This document shows, one piece after another, positions 14,992 to 28,418 of a stretch of 64,000 nucleotides of DNA. Position 1 is the first letter of the stretch, and each line of letters starts with the position of its first letter. Both the position numbers and the translations under genes were made by a program. Under the pieces are notes generated by a model. It ran no database searches. It worked only from the letters and a program-made list of their open reading frames with translations, and was not told where the DNA came from. This DNA comes from Lingula anatina (lineage: Eukaryota > Animalia > Brachiopoda): positions 3,844,001 to 3,908,000 of the forward strand of contig CM120647.1 of the NCBI GenBank assembly GCA_051362555.1, in the 5' to 3' direction.

Positions 14992-15627
14992 AGAATGACA
15001 ACTGAAGTCCGCTTCATTTTATGTGAATTAAAAAGATGTGGAAAATACTCAGAAACAAACCTTACATATCAATTAATATTATATCTCCATGGCAGAAGAA
15101 GCCCTATGTGTATACTAGTATTCCTTTGATATAGCGGCCATCTTGGATTTTTCTCGAAATGCCTGAGAATAAAGGTTAGTTACTCACCACAAATATATTA
15201 TTTGTGTTATAAGAAACAATTAGATAGTGGGCAATGCATCTTCCTAGTTGGCATTAGTTAGTTGAAAACCCGTGTACATGATCTACAGTAGTATTCCTAT
15301 GCCATATGGCGGCCATCTTGGATTTTTCAAAAAGTCCAAGGACACTTGTTTGTTGTCGGACACATATGCATAATATGGGTAATAAGGATGTGGAAATCAT
15401 TGAGAAAATACTTAATATGATAAAAATAAACATAGGTATGTATATATTTCTACAGAATTTCACAAATTGGCGGCCATTTTGGCTTTTTTGGCCAAACGGT
15501 AATTTTTTTCCGTGGGCTACGGCTCTAATTTGATTTAGTATGTCAAAAGGTACCCACATGCAAAATTTGGTGCTTTTATCCGTCGTGTCACGATTTGGCA
15601 ATTTTTTTGCCCTAAGCAACCGGACTA
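12994..15627. mobile_element. Non-autonomous Academ-like foldback transposon with long TIRs
   Basis: Termini TAGTCCGGT...ACCGGACTA, TIRs over 300 bp, 3-bp TSD tcc, and internal degenerate repeats containing ccaagatggc. Confidence 0.75.
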
Positions 15628-15668
15628 TCCCCAGTAATGAAATGTTCACTACCCCCATGAAATTTATA

Positions 15669-18600
15669 GACTTGCCCTTCAAGAAATCGACGCCTTCAAG
15701 AAATCGACGCAAACCGGAAGTACGTGCTTTTTTTCGCTATTTTTCCAGGCATGCTTTGCGTAAACATTCTGCGTAGTCAAGTAAGTTGTAGCTTCTGATA
15801 CAAAGTAGCGAACGCAACATTTAAACTTTTGTTTACAATACAAAAAGCGTTGATAATGACCTTAGACATGTTGTAGAAGAAGTTAGTTGAACAGAAATAA
15901 TTTTTACTTACATAATTTTCCGTGCTTTTATGCTCTTGTCGACATCCTATTATTTGCGCATCCTTCGTATGAGTAAATTTAATTTATCATTATTTGTTGT
16001 CGCCGGTGAAACTTTGTAAGTTCAAATGAAGTAGAAAAATACCACATTCATCTGCTTTATATTTTCTAGATTTTTAAAATTCTAACAGGTGCGTGTCCTT
16101 TGCTAGAAACGTTACTGGCTGATTGATGTTTTCCACATGTTATCCCAGCCGTAATTCTCTATACCCTGGATGTTTATCACCTCCGTATTACCCGACGTAG
16201 TATTACAGGTACAATGTACACGGCTTGTAAACACATTGCATCAAACTTAGTGATAAACACAAACCTTGAATAAAGGCATCTTAAGTATCCAAATGATGTC
16301 CTTTGTTTTTGTCTCCAATTCATCTCTCTTGTGAGTGTAAATAAAATCGTCCCGATCAATTGTAGTTAGGATTGTTTTCTTGTTTGAGTCAATAAAATGT
16401 GTCACAACATACGTACATATGTAGTAGTTTGGTGAATTGCCGCTAGAGACCCTTACAATAGTACTGTTACAAGACGGGTTACGTACTTAACTGATATTGA
16501 AGTTTAATTTAAAAAGAAATCCTTTAGAATATCCAACTTTAGCAAAGGATGGCCTAGTTCTGTTTGTTTATCTAAAACAAAAGCCCAAATTATGTGTGTT
16601 TACATTTTAAAACAACATTAATTAAACCAAAAATGTCAAATCAGTTTTCAGAATGCCACGGAAATATAACTTAGAACAATTAGATGCAGCTGTTTTGTCT
16701 GTGCAAGAAGGCACGTACACGTTGACTGAAGCGGCACGCGCTTTTGGTGTGCCAGTAACAACGATTGGTGACCATGTGTCAGGTACCGAATCTTAGAATA
16801 TACAAGTAGTGGCTATAAAAGTAATGAACCGGTGAACAATATACGTGAGCATATACGCTGGTAATGACGGTATGAGTTGCATTTTATGTTCGTATTAATA
16901 ACAATAAAAACAAAGAAAAACTAAAATAAAACTTCGCAAATTGATTTGTAAATAAAAATGTTTTTATTCTAATTTTATGAGTATTTCGAAGGAAAGCACT
17001 AACACCAGAAAAACTGTCAGCGTCTTTCAAAACTACAGGGATATGGCCACTCAACCCAAGGCTATAAAGGCAGATAAATACATAGAAAACGACAGAGCAC
17101 ATAAGAAGACAAAGACAAGTGGAGACGTGTGCAGCCTCATATTGGAGTGCAGCGGTGACGACGAAGAGAGAAAAGACCAAACCACTCAGACATATTACGA
17201 TGACAATGGACAGCCGACAGACAAGACGGACTCGATGACGCAAACAGACTCTACTGACGCGACACCTGTCTGTTACTGTGGTCACATATGCAAGATTGAG
17301 CAACACCCAATGGTGAAGATGGGCATAGTGTCTCCAACCATCGCGAAAGTGCTGATTGTACCAGCAGAAGGGGCGCCCATAAGAAAAAGAAGATTTGCAA
17401 CAGATTATAGTAGATCGCAAGTACTGACGTCGGACGAAGTGATGGCAGAAAAAAGAAGAAAAGAGGAAGAAAGCCAAAGGATTGTTCAAGAAAAACAGAA
17501 GAAAAGGGAAGATGCCGCTAAGCGAAGGATAGAGAAGGAGGAGGAGAAGAAAAGAGCGGGCGAGGAGAGGGACAGAAAGAGGGCTGTGGCACACGATCGA
17601 AAGGCACAGAAGGCCTTGGAAGTGGAACGAAGAAAAGAATTAAGAAGACAGGAGAAAGAGAAAAAGAAAGAAGAGAAAAGGAGAAGAGCATATGAAAAGA
17701 GGGCAAAAAGAATTGGCATCGTGGCAGGAATTTTTTTCATTGTAGAACCGCGGGAAGGAACCGTGGCACCAAGTAGACCTACACCCCGTCGTCGGCCGGC
17801 ACCGATATGTACCGTATGCAACGGTATGGAGCCACCAAGTACTAGCACATCTGAGTTGGTGGAGGAAGTGTACGAGTTTATTCGGTGTGTCGTCTGCAAC
17901 GCGCAAGAACATCTTTCTTGCGCGAAAACACCCACATTTTTGGACGTTTTTTTATGTCATAACTGCTGGCAGGCATCAGAATAGAAGAGTATTGGTTTAG
18001 TTCTTTTCAACATGTATATTGTTTATTATTATTATTACAGATTTTCAACGTATTAATATTACAGATAAATTAATGTACATAAATTTGTGCCCCTTCATTT
18101 GCCCCTTCATGTCTGTTGTAAATTCTGTCGTCTGTGATTGTTTGTTTTCTGTCACATTGTTCATCTTGAAAATGATAGATCTTCTAAAATGTGTGTGTAT
18201 TCTTTTTTCCGTTTTGATTAAAATGGGGCGGTATACGTAATTAGGACTACCTCTGTATATTATAAGATTGTAGTGCAAATATAAGTGGTCTTAGAGAAAA
18301 GTAAAATCCTATTATGATCAAACATTATTTGTGGGTCTCGAGTTCGTTCTCAGTACGTTTACTTAAGTTCAATTTCTAATACACTTTCTATAAACATTAA
18401 TGACGCCTCACACGCTCCAAACATTATTAAAAGCCGAATTCGTAAAGCGTTTGAACTTTCTTTAAATGATATGAAAACATGAGACAACACTGAAATATAA
18501 ATCGAAATAAAAAAACACAACTTAGACTTAAATAACTTTTTTTACTTGAAAAAAAAAAAAAACAATACGCGTGGTTTGCAAAGTCATTTGCTTAATATTT

Positions 18601-18911
18601 TGATAAAAAACGAAGTCCTTCTCAACAAAAAATCATCCAGCAACTTCCCAAGCACAATGGAATGACGTCACGACGCACTTCCGGTTTTCGTCGAGATCTT
18701 AAAGGCGTAAGTGTTATGGTTTGCAGCACATTCAGAGCGTTCTATCTCGAAATCTACGTAACCTATTTTATTGAAATTTACAACACTTATTCTTTACATA
18801 ATATCGCACCTATGTGCGAAATCTGAGAGCTTGAGCTTATATACTTTTTCTACAGTGTCCATTCAAATTTGAAAATGAGCTATTTCCCGTCGATTTCTTG
18901 AAGGGCAAGTC
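15669..18911 (+). mobile_element. pogo/Tigger-like transposon, internally deleted
   Basis: Perfect TIR GACTTGCCCTTCAAGAAATCGACG flanked by TA. Contains an HTH exon and a transposase C-terminal region. Confidence 0.85.
16653..17984 (+). pseudogene. Defective pogo-like transposase: HTH_psq exon 16653-16782, GIWPLNP motif, coiled coil and PHD-like finger; DDE core missing
   Basis: MPRKYNLEQLDAAVLSVQEGTYTLTEAARAFGVPVTTIGDHVS; out-of-frame ALTPEKLSASFKTTGIWPLNP near 16995-17057; QVLTSDEV; CTVC...CVVC...HLSC...CHNC. Confidence 0.8.
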
Positions 18912-19239
18912 TAATCCACCCACATAAATCTTATCTTGAGTATATGACCTTTGTATTGTAGTATGTATAACGGAGGATACATTGGCACTTTTTGTTAGTT
19001 TGCAGTTGTGAGAAAAATAAAAATAAAAATATGTATTTTACTACCCAATGACTCCCATATGAAAAAGTTATATATTTGATATTTTGTGGTCATACCAAGA
19101 TCTTTTCTTGCAGTATACTTTATAAAGAATATATTGGAAATATTATAAAGTGTGATGGTAAAATATTGGATGACAAAATTTATAATCATTTTCATACCCA
19201 CGGGATTTAGACTCCAGAGAAGAAAAGGCCCTATTTTAT

Positions 19240-20162
19240 TTTTTAGTTGCAATACCAACTTCTCGGACACTATAGTTTTAAACACTGGCACACCCCAGGG
19301 CTGCGTCTTATCACCTTGTTTATATACGTTATTCACCCACGACTGTGTGGCGAGGGAGGAAAATACATTTTTAATGAAGTTTGCCGATGACACAACTTTA
19401 GTCGGCTTGATACACCATAATGATGAGATGTCATACAGGCAGTCGGTTACAAGTTTAGTAAATTGGTGCACAGACAATGACTTGATATTAAATGTGAGCA
19501 AAACAAAAGAAATGATCATAGACTTCAGAAGAAATCAGATAAGAAAAAATCCCTTGGAAGTTAACGGTAAAGCGGTCGAACAGGTTTCTAATTATAAATT
19601 ACTAGGGGTTCAGCTGAATAATAGGTTAACCTGGGGCGATAACATCACGAAGCTATTGAAAAAGGCACGTCAACGAATGTATTTCTTAAGGAAATTGAAA
19701 GCTTTTACCAGAAATGTGTTTATTTTAACGAACTTTTACAGGTGTGTTTTAGAGAGTATTTTAACTTATTCAGTAACTGTTTGGTATGGACGTGCAACTG
19801 TGGAGGAGAGGAACAAGTTGGAAAAGATCGTCGAAACTGCAGGGATTGTAATTGGAACAGATCTAACTCCCGTCCATACTATATATCTAGACAGGACTAA
19901 AAAGAAAACATTATCAATAATGACAGACAGTTCCCATCCAGCCCATACTCTTTTTAAATTTTTACCTAGCAATTCGAGACTCTTAGCTTTTAAGGGTAGT
20001 AAGCGATTTTTAAATAGCTTTTATCCTTCGGCAGTAACTATTTTTAACTCTAACATGTAATTTTAATTTTCATTTTTTATATTTCAATGGCGCTACTACA
20101 GGGCAAATGATTCCCGATTTTATACATTTGTATTTTATTGGCTTAATAAATTATTATTATTA
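19240..20162 (+). mobile_element. 5'-truncated LINE, Rex1/Babar-like RT C-terminal half
   Basis: GTPQGCVLSP, KFADDT and LNVSKTKEMIIDFRR motifs, stop at 20060, AATAAA plus (TTA)n tail. Confidence 0.9.
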
Positions 20163-20569
20163 TACCATTATTTTCCATATACACTATTCAACATTTGCTA
20201 GGGATCATATTTTTATGGACTGTTATTTTTACTCATGTATATTTTTTTTGGGTCTCCAACATGAGGTTGCACAACCATATGTATTATTCTTTGATGATGT
20301 TGATGCTGTTTTGGTTGAATGCACACAAGAAAAAACACCAAATCTGGTTCTTCAGCTCACATTCAAAAACATGTGTTCATAGTTCAGAAACGTGCTTGGT
20401 CAGTTGAGTGTTGCTGACGGTACAACCAATTCTCCTGATGTGCTTTTCATTGTCAATGTTTAAGATGTCTCCAAGAAAACAGAAAAAATCACTTACAACT
20501 AGCAGAACTAAATTGGGCTATCAGGTTACTCCAGGGTTTCCAGACGCAGTACCAAGTAGCCACTTTCCT

Positions 20570-21480
20570 TGGTGCATCCCTGAGGCAAGTTCAGGTAACC
20601 CGCGTCATGGTGGTGGCCGACAAAGACTGACAACACCTCAGCAAGACCACAACTCGACCTTCCAAGTACACCGGCATCCCTTTGCCCCAGCCTATGTGCT
20701 CCAGAATGATTTCCAGAATGCAACAGGGGTTGCAACTCAAACGGACAGGAGACGTCTGCATGAAGCTTAGTTGAGGGCCAGAAGGCATCTGTTTACACTC
20801 CTCTGACTCAGCAACACAGACAAGCGCATCTACAGTTGGCAAGACATCACAAGCGGTGGACGAGCCAGCAGTGGTCATCTGTGCTGTTCCCAGATGAGTA
20901 AAAGTTTTGCTTGTAGTTTCTGGATCAATACAGGAGGGTGTGGAGATGACCCAGGGAGTGCAGCAGTCAGCCAATCATCTTCGAGCATGATCGATTTGGA
21001 GGACCAGCAGTTCTGGCATGGGGTGGGTTTTTTTATCCATGAGCGTACTGACGAATGGGACTCTCACTGGTCTCAGGTACCGGGATGAGATCGTCGACCC
21101 TATAGTCCGTCCCTACGCAGGCGCTGTTGGTGACAACACCATCGTAATGGATGACAATGCCCGTCCCCATCGAGCTAACATTGTGAATGCTTACTTCGAG
21201 CTGGAAGGAATTACTGATATGGACTGGCCTGAAAGGTCACCAGACCTCAATCAGATTGAACATCTTTAGGATTTGCTCCAAAACCACATTCGAACTTGGC
21301 AGAACGCTCTCATGACGATTCGGCAACTGGAAGATGCTTTAATGAAAGAGAGGGACCAGAACACCCAACAACAGTTATTCCGCTTTATTCAGAGCATGCA
21401 CAGAAGGTGTATCGCGGCAATTCATGCGAATGGTTGTCATACACACTACGGGGGACATTTTGCATCCAGTTTCTTGCTGA
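20570..21480 (+). mobile_element. Degenerate Tc1/mariner transposase
   Basis: GRQRLTT, MDDNARPHRA and WPERSPDLNQIEHL motifs, with frameshifts and stops. Confidence 0.88.
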
Positions 21481-22233
21481 CATGAGACATTTTTCTGATG
21501 CTTGGCATAAAGTGTTTTTAATGTGAACGTGTGTTAAGGCTCTTCTGAAGTGTTCTTGGTGGCAATTGTGTTCTTTTTCAATATATTTTCTCACTTTTAC
21601 TCTACAGTTACTAAAATTTGGGCCCGTTAAGTATTTTTAAGCAACGCAGTCACAATTGTCAAAATATCATTAGGAAAAGAATGATCCAGAGCAAATGTTG
21701 ACTAGTATACTTTGCACTGTGACGTATTTTCTGTTAGTATTTGAGAGATTTTCTTTTTTGCTGGGTGGCTATTATTTCTGGTACCTGTACCACACTGACT
21801 GAATACTCGTACTCCACGAACGATGCAATCAATTAAAATCCCTCAGAGTCTTAGGCTTCGTTCACATGGAAAGACTATTTTCTAAAAATCTATTTTCTAT
21901 TCGCGGTATCTTATGATTATGGTCTGTGCCCTGAATATCCCGCGGCGTAATTACTGGCAGTTCAGTAAAAGCACCACAAATACTACCCCCTGTATATACA
22001 AATACTAGTATATTTTCAATGATATAAACGTTATTTAATAAGAAAGGTTGATGATTTTCCCCATTGAATAAACCAAGCCATTACCATATACCAATATGCC
22101 ATATTCTGAGTACTACTGTAAACCAACTTCCTAGCTAAGAGGGTAAGATTGTCAACACATTAGTGCAGAAAGATGACTCTCTGTGCATTGATGTCATAAA
22201 CAAATTCATAGATGACCTGTAACATGACATTAC

Positions 22234-22419
22234 CTCATGTAATGGGTGGCACACTTCAAGCTCTACTGACGACAGCTGTGCAGCTTCACCCTCGTAACCC
22301 TGTTGGGCCACCAGTATTTTGCTGGTGAAAATTTTGGGGCATGGTGCTGTAGGTTCAGGGTTAAAAGAAAAGAGACAATGTGGTTTTTGGTCATCATTCA
22401 TTTTACTGTAATATAATGT
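22234..22419 (-). CDS. Exon: UPA domain C-terminal part
   Basis: T-tract CAG acceptor, GAG|GTAATG donor, 186 nt. HCLFSFNP...FTSKILVAQQG resembles the UPA HCxFxL...CKIxVxQ motif. Confidence 0.82.
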
Positions 22420-22690
22420 CTGAAAAAAAAACAAAGAGAGTGTAATTATAAATGTATTTTAAGATAAACGGAAGAATGCCCTAAAATTATGCAACCCAAT
22501 ACACAAAGGAATCTTTATCCAATATATAGCTTTTAAAAATACTAAAACCTTATATTTTATAATTTGTGTAAAGAAATAAAAATAAATATCAATACAAGTA
22601 GAATAATATCTGCAGGACTATAAAATGAATATATGATTATTTAGAGAACCGTGACATTGAAATTAAATGATATGTTTAATCATTTTATAC

Positions 22691-22861
22691 CTTTTTATCT
22701 TCCCCATGAAAAGGAATCCATCCTTGATAGTCCTTTAGAGTGACCAGTACATCATGGTTCTCTTCACATACAACTTTGCTATGAGGACAGATATACAGTT
22801 TGAAGATTCCATCAGGTACTATTTGCTTCAGACCATACCTTTTAGCCCAAAAATCGAGCCC
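22691..22861 (-). CDS. Exon: UPA domain middle; absent from the ORF track
   Basis: ATTCCAG|GGGCTC acceptor, AAG|GTATAA donor, 171 nt open frame: GLDFWAKRYGLKQIVPDGIFKLYICPHSKVVCEENHDVLVTLKDYQGWIPFHGEDKK. Confidence 0.78.
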
Positions 22862-23027
22862 CTGGAATATGCATATGATGGAATTTTTTATAGTCTATAT
22901 ACAAGGAAGAATGATTTTAGCACATCTATAAAATTAAAAAAAAAAAAAAAATATCAGCACTATGCATAAGAAAAATGGTTTATCCCAACTGTTTCTTTAA
23001 AGTATTAAAATACACTTAATATATCCA

Positions 23028-23245
23028 CAACTAACACAATATATAGCAAATATGGTGTGTCTCAACTAACACAATTTATATTAGAGATGGTGTCTGAACT
23101 AACACAATATATAACAAAGATGGTGTGTCTCAACTAACACAATATATAGCAAAACTGTTGTGTCTCAACTAACACAATTAATTCGTAAGATGGTGTCCCA
23201 ACTATCACAATATATAGCAAAGATGGTGTGTCTCAACTAACACAA
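23028..23245. repeat. About 36-38 bp minisatellite (caactaacacaatatatagcaaagatggtgtgtct)
   Basis: About six direct copies visible. Confidence 0.9.
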
Positions 23246-24869
23246 AATATGTGTTAATGTGTTAAGATAGAAACTTGAAAATTTCGTCGCTTAAAAATTA
23301 CCAATATTTTAAATTGTGTAAACCCGACGAATTTTTCAAAATTCATTTTCCTAACTCCTGGGAATGACAAAATTTTCAAAACTCTGATCTTCGGGCTTTT
23401 ATCCTTATCAGCTTTTATTCGTGTCCCTCACATATTGTGGGGTATTTATCACTTCCAAAGTCACTTTTTGGTGGTAAATAATAATTTATTTATTACTGCA
23501 TCTCGATTACTTATTATCATTTTACCAGAAAAGAAAGTTGAGAATTGTCTTTTGGTAAGATGCATACATCCAGCTAGAGAAGAGGGGTCAAGATAAGCCC
23601 AATTGCAACATTTCATGATAAATTGAACATGGCATACTGACATTGCTCACTTATGGAGCAACGTTTGTTGCATGCAGGACTTTCTCCAGGATGGGATGTT
23701 AAGCCTTCTAAAATGACCATCTGTAACTTCCTAAAATATTACAGCGAGTCGAACTTTTCTAGGTGCCGTGAGAGGGGGAGGGGTTGAAATAAAATGAAAA
23801 TATATATTTAATATATATTAAAAATATTAAAAGGGGAGAGGTTCAAAATAATGGTCTCACGCTGACTTTCTTTCGCGAACGAAGTTCTTAAGTCGCTTGA
23901 ACTAATATGAGAATTACATTCTGTCCTTGCTTACTATACATCGCAAACAATCTCCCGCTGAAGCTATGGGAATTGCCTTCTCGTCTCATTCGGATGGCAA
24001 CGATATCCCGCTGACGATCTTACGTGAACGAAGTCCTTTAAACAAATATAAAAATGGCCTTTTCGTCCCGCTGGGAACACGAACGATTTGCCCACGATAT
24101 TATGCGATTGGTGTCCCGCTGATGATATCTCGTCTCATTCGGCAAATGAACGATGTCCCGCTGACAATCTTGCACGAACGATCTTCATGTTTACAAACTA
24201 AGCAATCGTAATTGCCCATAGGACATGAATAGAAGTGACAGGTAGGCCTACAATTTCCTTAGAGATAATATCTTGATTTTTTCATTGTATCTTCCTTATT
24301 TAGGATGACCATCGATAACATTAATGTCGTTTTCACTGACAATGAGCCTCGGCCTGTGATTTTAATTTAAACGCACTTTTTGCAAACGTGTGCAGGGGCG
24401 AATTTGGGTCGTCTTTCGGAAGACAGTCAAATTTTCAAGTTTACATTGATGGGTATCAATTTATTTCTGTCAGAAGACGACCAAAAAAGGAGGATGCATC
24501 AATAAAGATAATTTGGAATTCTGTCAGAAAATATCTCAGCATCAGCCTCTGCACTGTGAATGACACACGTAATAATAATGACACTAAAGACAAAAAGGCC
24601 GACGTTTCCGCAATTGAAAACGGAAATCTACATCTTAACCATCTCTAATGTGAGTAGCCACTCGCTGTGGCTCATTATTGTTCCTGTCTCCCTATTTATC
24701 ATGATCGTATTATTGTCTTAAATAAACTGACGCATTGCATTAATGTTTGAGTTGGACTAAGCAGCCATATGAGGTGTCCAGCTTTTCAAAATTATCGAGA
24801 AATTATTTTCAAGACCAACGAAATTTTCAAGCTTTTACCATATTTTCTCACAGCTGCATGTAGCATTAC

Positions 24870-25020
24870 CATAATTTCATCCATAGTATTGCGGATACAC
24901 TTCACTACAACCGAAAGCAGATCTGTCTTTGGATCAAAATTCCCAAATCCTGCAGCCAGCATCTCCTTCTTTGTCGATGATGTGGTGTATTTACACAGGT
25001 TCCACAAAGCCACAGTGCAC
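24870..25020 (-). CDS. Exon: end of ZU5 and start of UPA domain
   Basis: RCTVALWNLCKYTTSSTKKEMLAAGFGNFDPKTDLLSVVVKCIRNTMDEIM aligns by eye with the UNC5-type KxLxLAVF...IRVYC..DT motif. Phase 2 to 0. Confidence 0.82.
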
Positions 25021-25141
25021 CTGCAAAAAGTCAATGTATACATATATCAATATATTTTTGGAACATTTCTACAAAGTCTAAAGTGAACGTTAAAGTTTCA
25101 GTTATGTAACACTATCTAAGACAAATAGAAAATAAAACTGA

Positions 25142-26296
25142 ACTAGGGGATCAGAGAGGCAATACTGCCACTGGGTATTGCAGTCTAAAGGAAAGCAAAG
25201 AAAATGGAAACTATACCATCACTATTGTGCTAGACGAGTTCTACAAAATGCAGTAAACGAGAGTTCTAAATTGTATTTGTTAAAAATAACTGTTCATAAC
25301 AAAATCATGGGAAAAAATAAAAAGACAAATCCAAATTTGTGAAGTGCGACTCACGGAAAAAAAGGTAAAGGTCGAATTCAAGTCACAGGAAGATTGATAA
25401 TATATGAGTTCCTATTCAAGTTCAGAAGTATCTATAAGCATACCCGTGCCAGCTTTGAACTTAAAAGGGACAGAAAATTTGCAAAGAACAGTTCATGGCG
25501 AATTTAGGCCAAAGGTCAATTTCAAGGTTGCAGATGGATAGCCAGTATATGACTTCCAATTAAAGATAAATTTTCACTATCGGCTTCTCTCTGCCAATTT
25601 CAAGGATATAAAGGACTGAAAAGTTGCAAATTCCAGTTCATGGTGAAAAAAAAAACAAAGGTCAATTTCAAGTTCACAGTCGGATTGCACGTGTATAATT
25701 TCCCACAATCCCTTCAGTTCGGGAGATATTTAGCATTTAATTTTGCAAATTTTGGACAAAGGTACAATGTACATTGCGACGACGGCCACACCTAGACCAG
25801 TGCACTGACAAAGCCCAAAGATCGAGTAGAGATGATCGAGTTGTATGTGACCTAAATGCAAAAGACTGATGCATGCCCAGGCTCTTGTTGTCTAGATGGA
25901 GAAGCAGGAACGGTGACGTAGTTGGGGGGGGGGGGGGGGGGGGAGGGGGGGACGAAAATGCAGTTGTATTGAAGTACGAAGAAGCATTAACGCAGTAGTG
26001 GTGTGGAGCATATTTGCAGTAGAAATGCAGTAAAGCCTACTGCAATTTTACTCCAAAAAGTACATACGGTAGGTTTGTACAGTTAATGCAGTGGATTAGC
26101 AGCATGATAGAAGCATGTTCCAAAAATGCTAATTAGCTCCTAAATCGAAGCAGATTTGATGCATCTTTGCAGTATGATTGCAGTAGTCTTCTGCGCTAAA
26201 GTATATCTACTGCGTTTTCGTGCGGGCTATCCGGCGGGCGATACCGGTTGGGACTAAAACCATGTGTACCGCCAGCGCTGAGCTGGTGGTACCATA
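25142..26296 (-). mobile_element. Helentron-associated (HINE-like) element, short copy of the family at 52421-55351
   Basis: Same ends (actag.ggatcagagaggc and aaaccatgtgtaccgccagcgct..gctggtggtac) with about 2-3 degenerate copies of the 146-bp unit. Confidence 0.75.
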
Positions 26297-26773
26297 GCCT
26301 CATAATTGATCATGAAAAAAACAAACAAAACTTTTGAAAAAATAGAACAGCTGAATTTTCAAACTTGATCTGAATTTGATCAATATTCATCAAAATCGTA
26401 AGTTTCAAGATAAAAAGTAAACAGTTTTCTTTTTAATATAATATAATATACAGGTGTATGCTAAAATAATTAAATAGATTAAAAGCACAACTTCCCAATG
26501 CAATAGTGGTCAGATAAAGCTTTTTTCAAACTCGACCTGTATTTTAGTAATATTTATCTGTCCTTTAGCTTTTCCCATTATTGTGTTATCACTGAAATGG
26601 TGCATGATGACGGCGAAGACGGCAACGACAGATGCAGGACGAAGATGATGGTTGATGGCTTTTCTTGTGCGCATACACTGTGACTATATCTTATATCTGT
26701 AAATGATAGTTACAAACATATGTAATGGACGATATTTATTCTTTCGTAATGGAATAAATTGTACGTTTAGTAC

Positions 26774-27212
26774 CTGGTTTGGCTGTAGATCACCACAGGG
26801 TCATTTTCATGGGTTATCCACTTACAAGTCCCCAGCAGATCAGTTTTAGATGTCCAAAACTTTATCTCCGTCTTCGCATCATCAACATTTGGTATACAGT
26901 GAGGAAAGCTGAGATAGACTGGTTTCTGAAAGATCAAATCATGAGGACCACATACAACAATGGGACTTGTTCTTGTCTGCTTGTCTCCCAAATGAGGGTT
27001 ATCACCTGGTCTCCAGCTGATACCAAGGTGCATCTCTGTCACTGTGCCTTCAGGAAGGGAACCCTCTGACACCACAAGTGTGACCCCCACTTCCTTTAAA
27101 TGAACATAGCCGCCATTACTGTCCATAAGGAACTTCTGGATATACATTTTAGATGGAATCGGTACTAACTCATTTTTATCTTTGTTCTTGCCTCCCGGAG
27201 AGAATGTACGAT
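26774..27212 (-). CDS. Exon: ZU5 domain
   Basis: DSNGGYVHLKEVGVTLVVSEGSLPEG...SPIVVCGPHDLIFQKPVYLSFPHC matches ZU5 hallmark motifs. TTTTTACAG acceptor, ACCAG|GTACT donor (phase 1 to 2). Confidence 0.92.
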
Positions 27213-28418
27213 CTGTAAAAATAATTCAAGAGATATTTGGTCTCAAAGTTTTTTTGTGTGCAAATTTACCAATTTTTAACATACTGATTAATTATAACAC
27301 ATACAAAAAAAAAAGAAAAAAAAAAAGAAAAAACACTGTAGTGAGACCTAGTGAACCAGTTTATATGTACGTCAAAAATAAAAATGCACACACTTATTTG
27401 TAATAAACATACTAGTACATGTAGGTTTTACTGCTGTGATTGTCAGAAAGCCCTATGCCCCCAAGGTCAGATTTGACCGACAGTAACGTTTGGCCGACAT
27501 GCGTGGGACAGATGTGTCCAACAGGCCAATTGTGTCCAACAGGCCAATTGTGACAAAATTGGGCTAGGTTTGTCCATTAGAAATAAAAAGATGGGTAAAT
27601 ACAGTAAATACACGAAGAGACCCATAAACCCGTTTGGATAAATCTTAAAATACTGTGTTGGTATCGAATTGTAACTAACTGACATATAAAACACCAAAAG
27701 ACAATGTTTCATTCATAGCAATGAGACTGCCTGGTAGAATGCTTCAATGAAAATGTAAATTAGCTTCACGCAGGAAAGACAAAAACAGTCAAATGAGAAC
27801 AATACCCGTTTTTACATTCTAATATTAAATGAGTTTCTTAAAATTAAAGGGAGTAAAATAAGTAAAATAACATTTTTTCATTCTTTATCAATTATGTAAA
27901 TGAAAAATTATAAGTTTTCCTATTCAGCCTTGTAAACAAAAATCACAGGCAACAAAGATTAAAAAAAATAAATGAAACCGTTGAGATAAGCCGTAGTACT
28001 CAGCCTGGCTTTTGTTGGACCTACTCTGTCTGGTCTGTCAAACAGATCTGACTATGACTAAAATTTAGATCGATCCATCTGGATCGACCTAACTCCCTTG
28101 GGGTTCACGCTTTATCAGGCGATCGCGCACCATAGTTTATTACCCCGTTACAGCTTTTAGTAGGCGGGACAGACATTTAAGCCCGTTAAGCTGACACCAA
28201 TCTAGTGAGACTCTCCAGGGTGATAAATCAATGTAAATATCTATGGGAATGGGGTCTTATATATGGTGGTCGTTTTTGGTCTTTGGTCAACTCTTGCCTG
28301 TGAGACATATTTGATGATCTCCACTTCTTTGCTCCCTTTTTTAAAATTCATATGCTACTGCCTTAGCTAGGCACTGAATATAATCAAATGTGATTGATAT
28401 CTGTGATTGCAAGCAAAC

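Noticed and set aside
16884-17935. Long hydrophobic minus-strand ORFs
   Set aside because: They are antisense shadows of the purine-rich K/E/R coiled-coil ORF.
20250-20520. Fragment AQPYVLFFDDVDAV resembling an AAA+ Walker B motif
   Set aside because: It is short, followed by stops, and has no Walker A, so the similarity may be chance.
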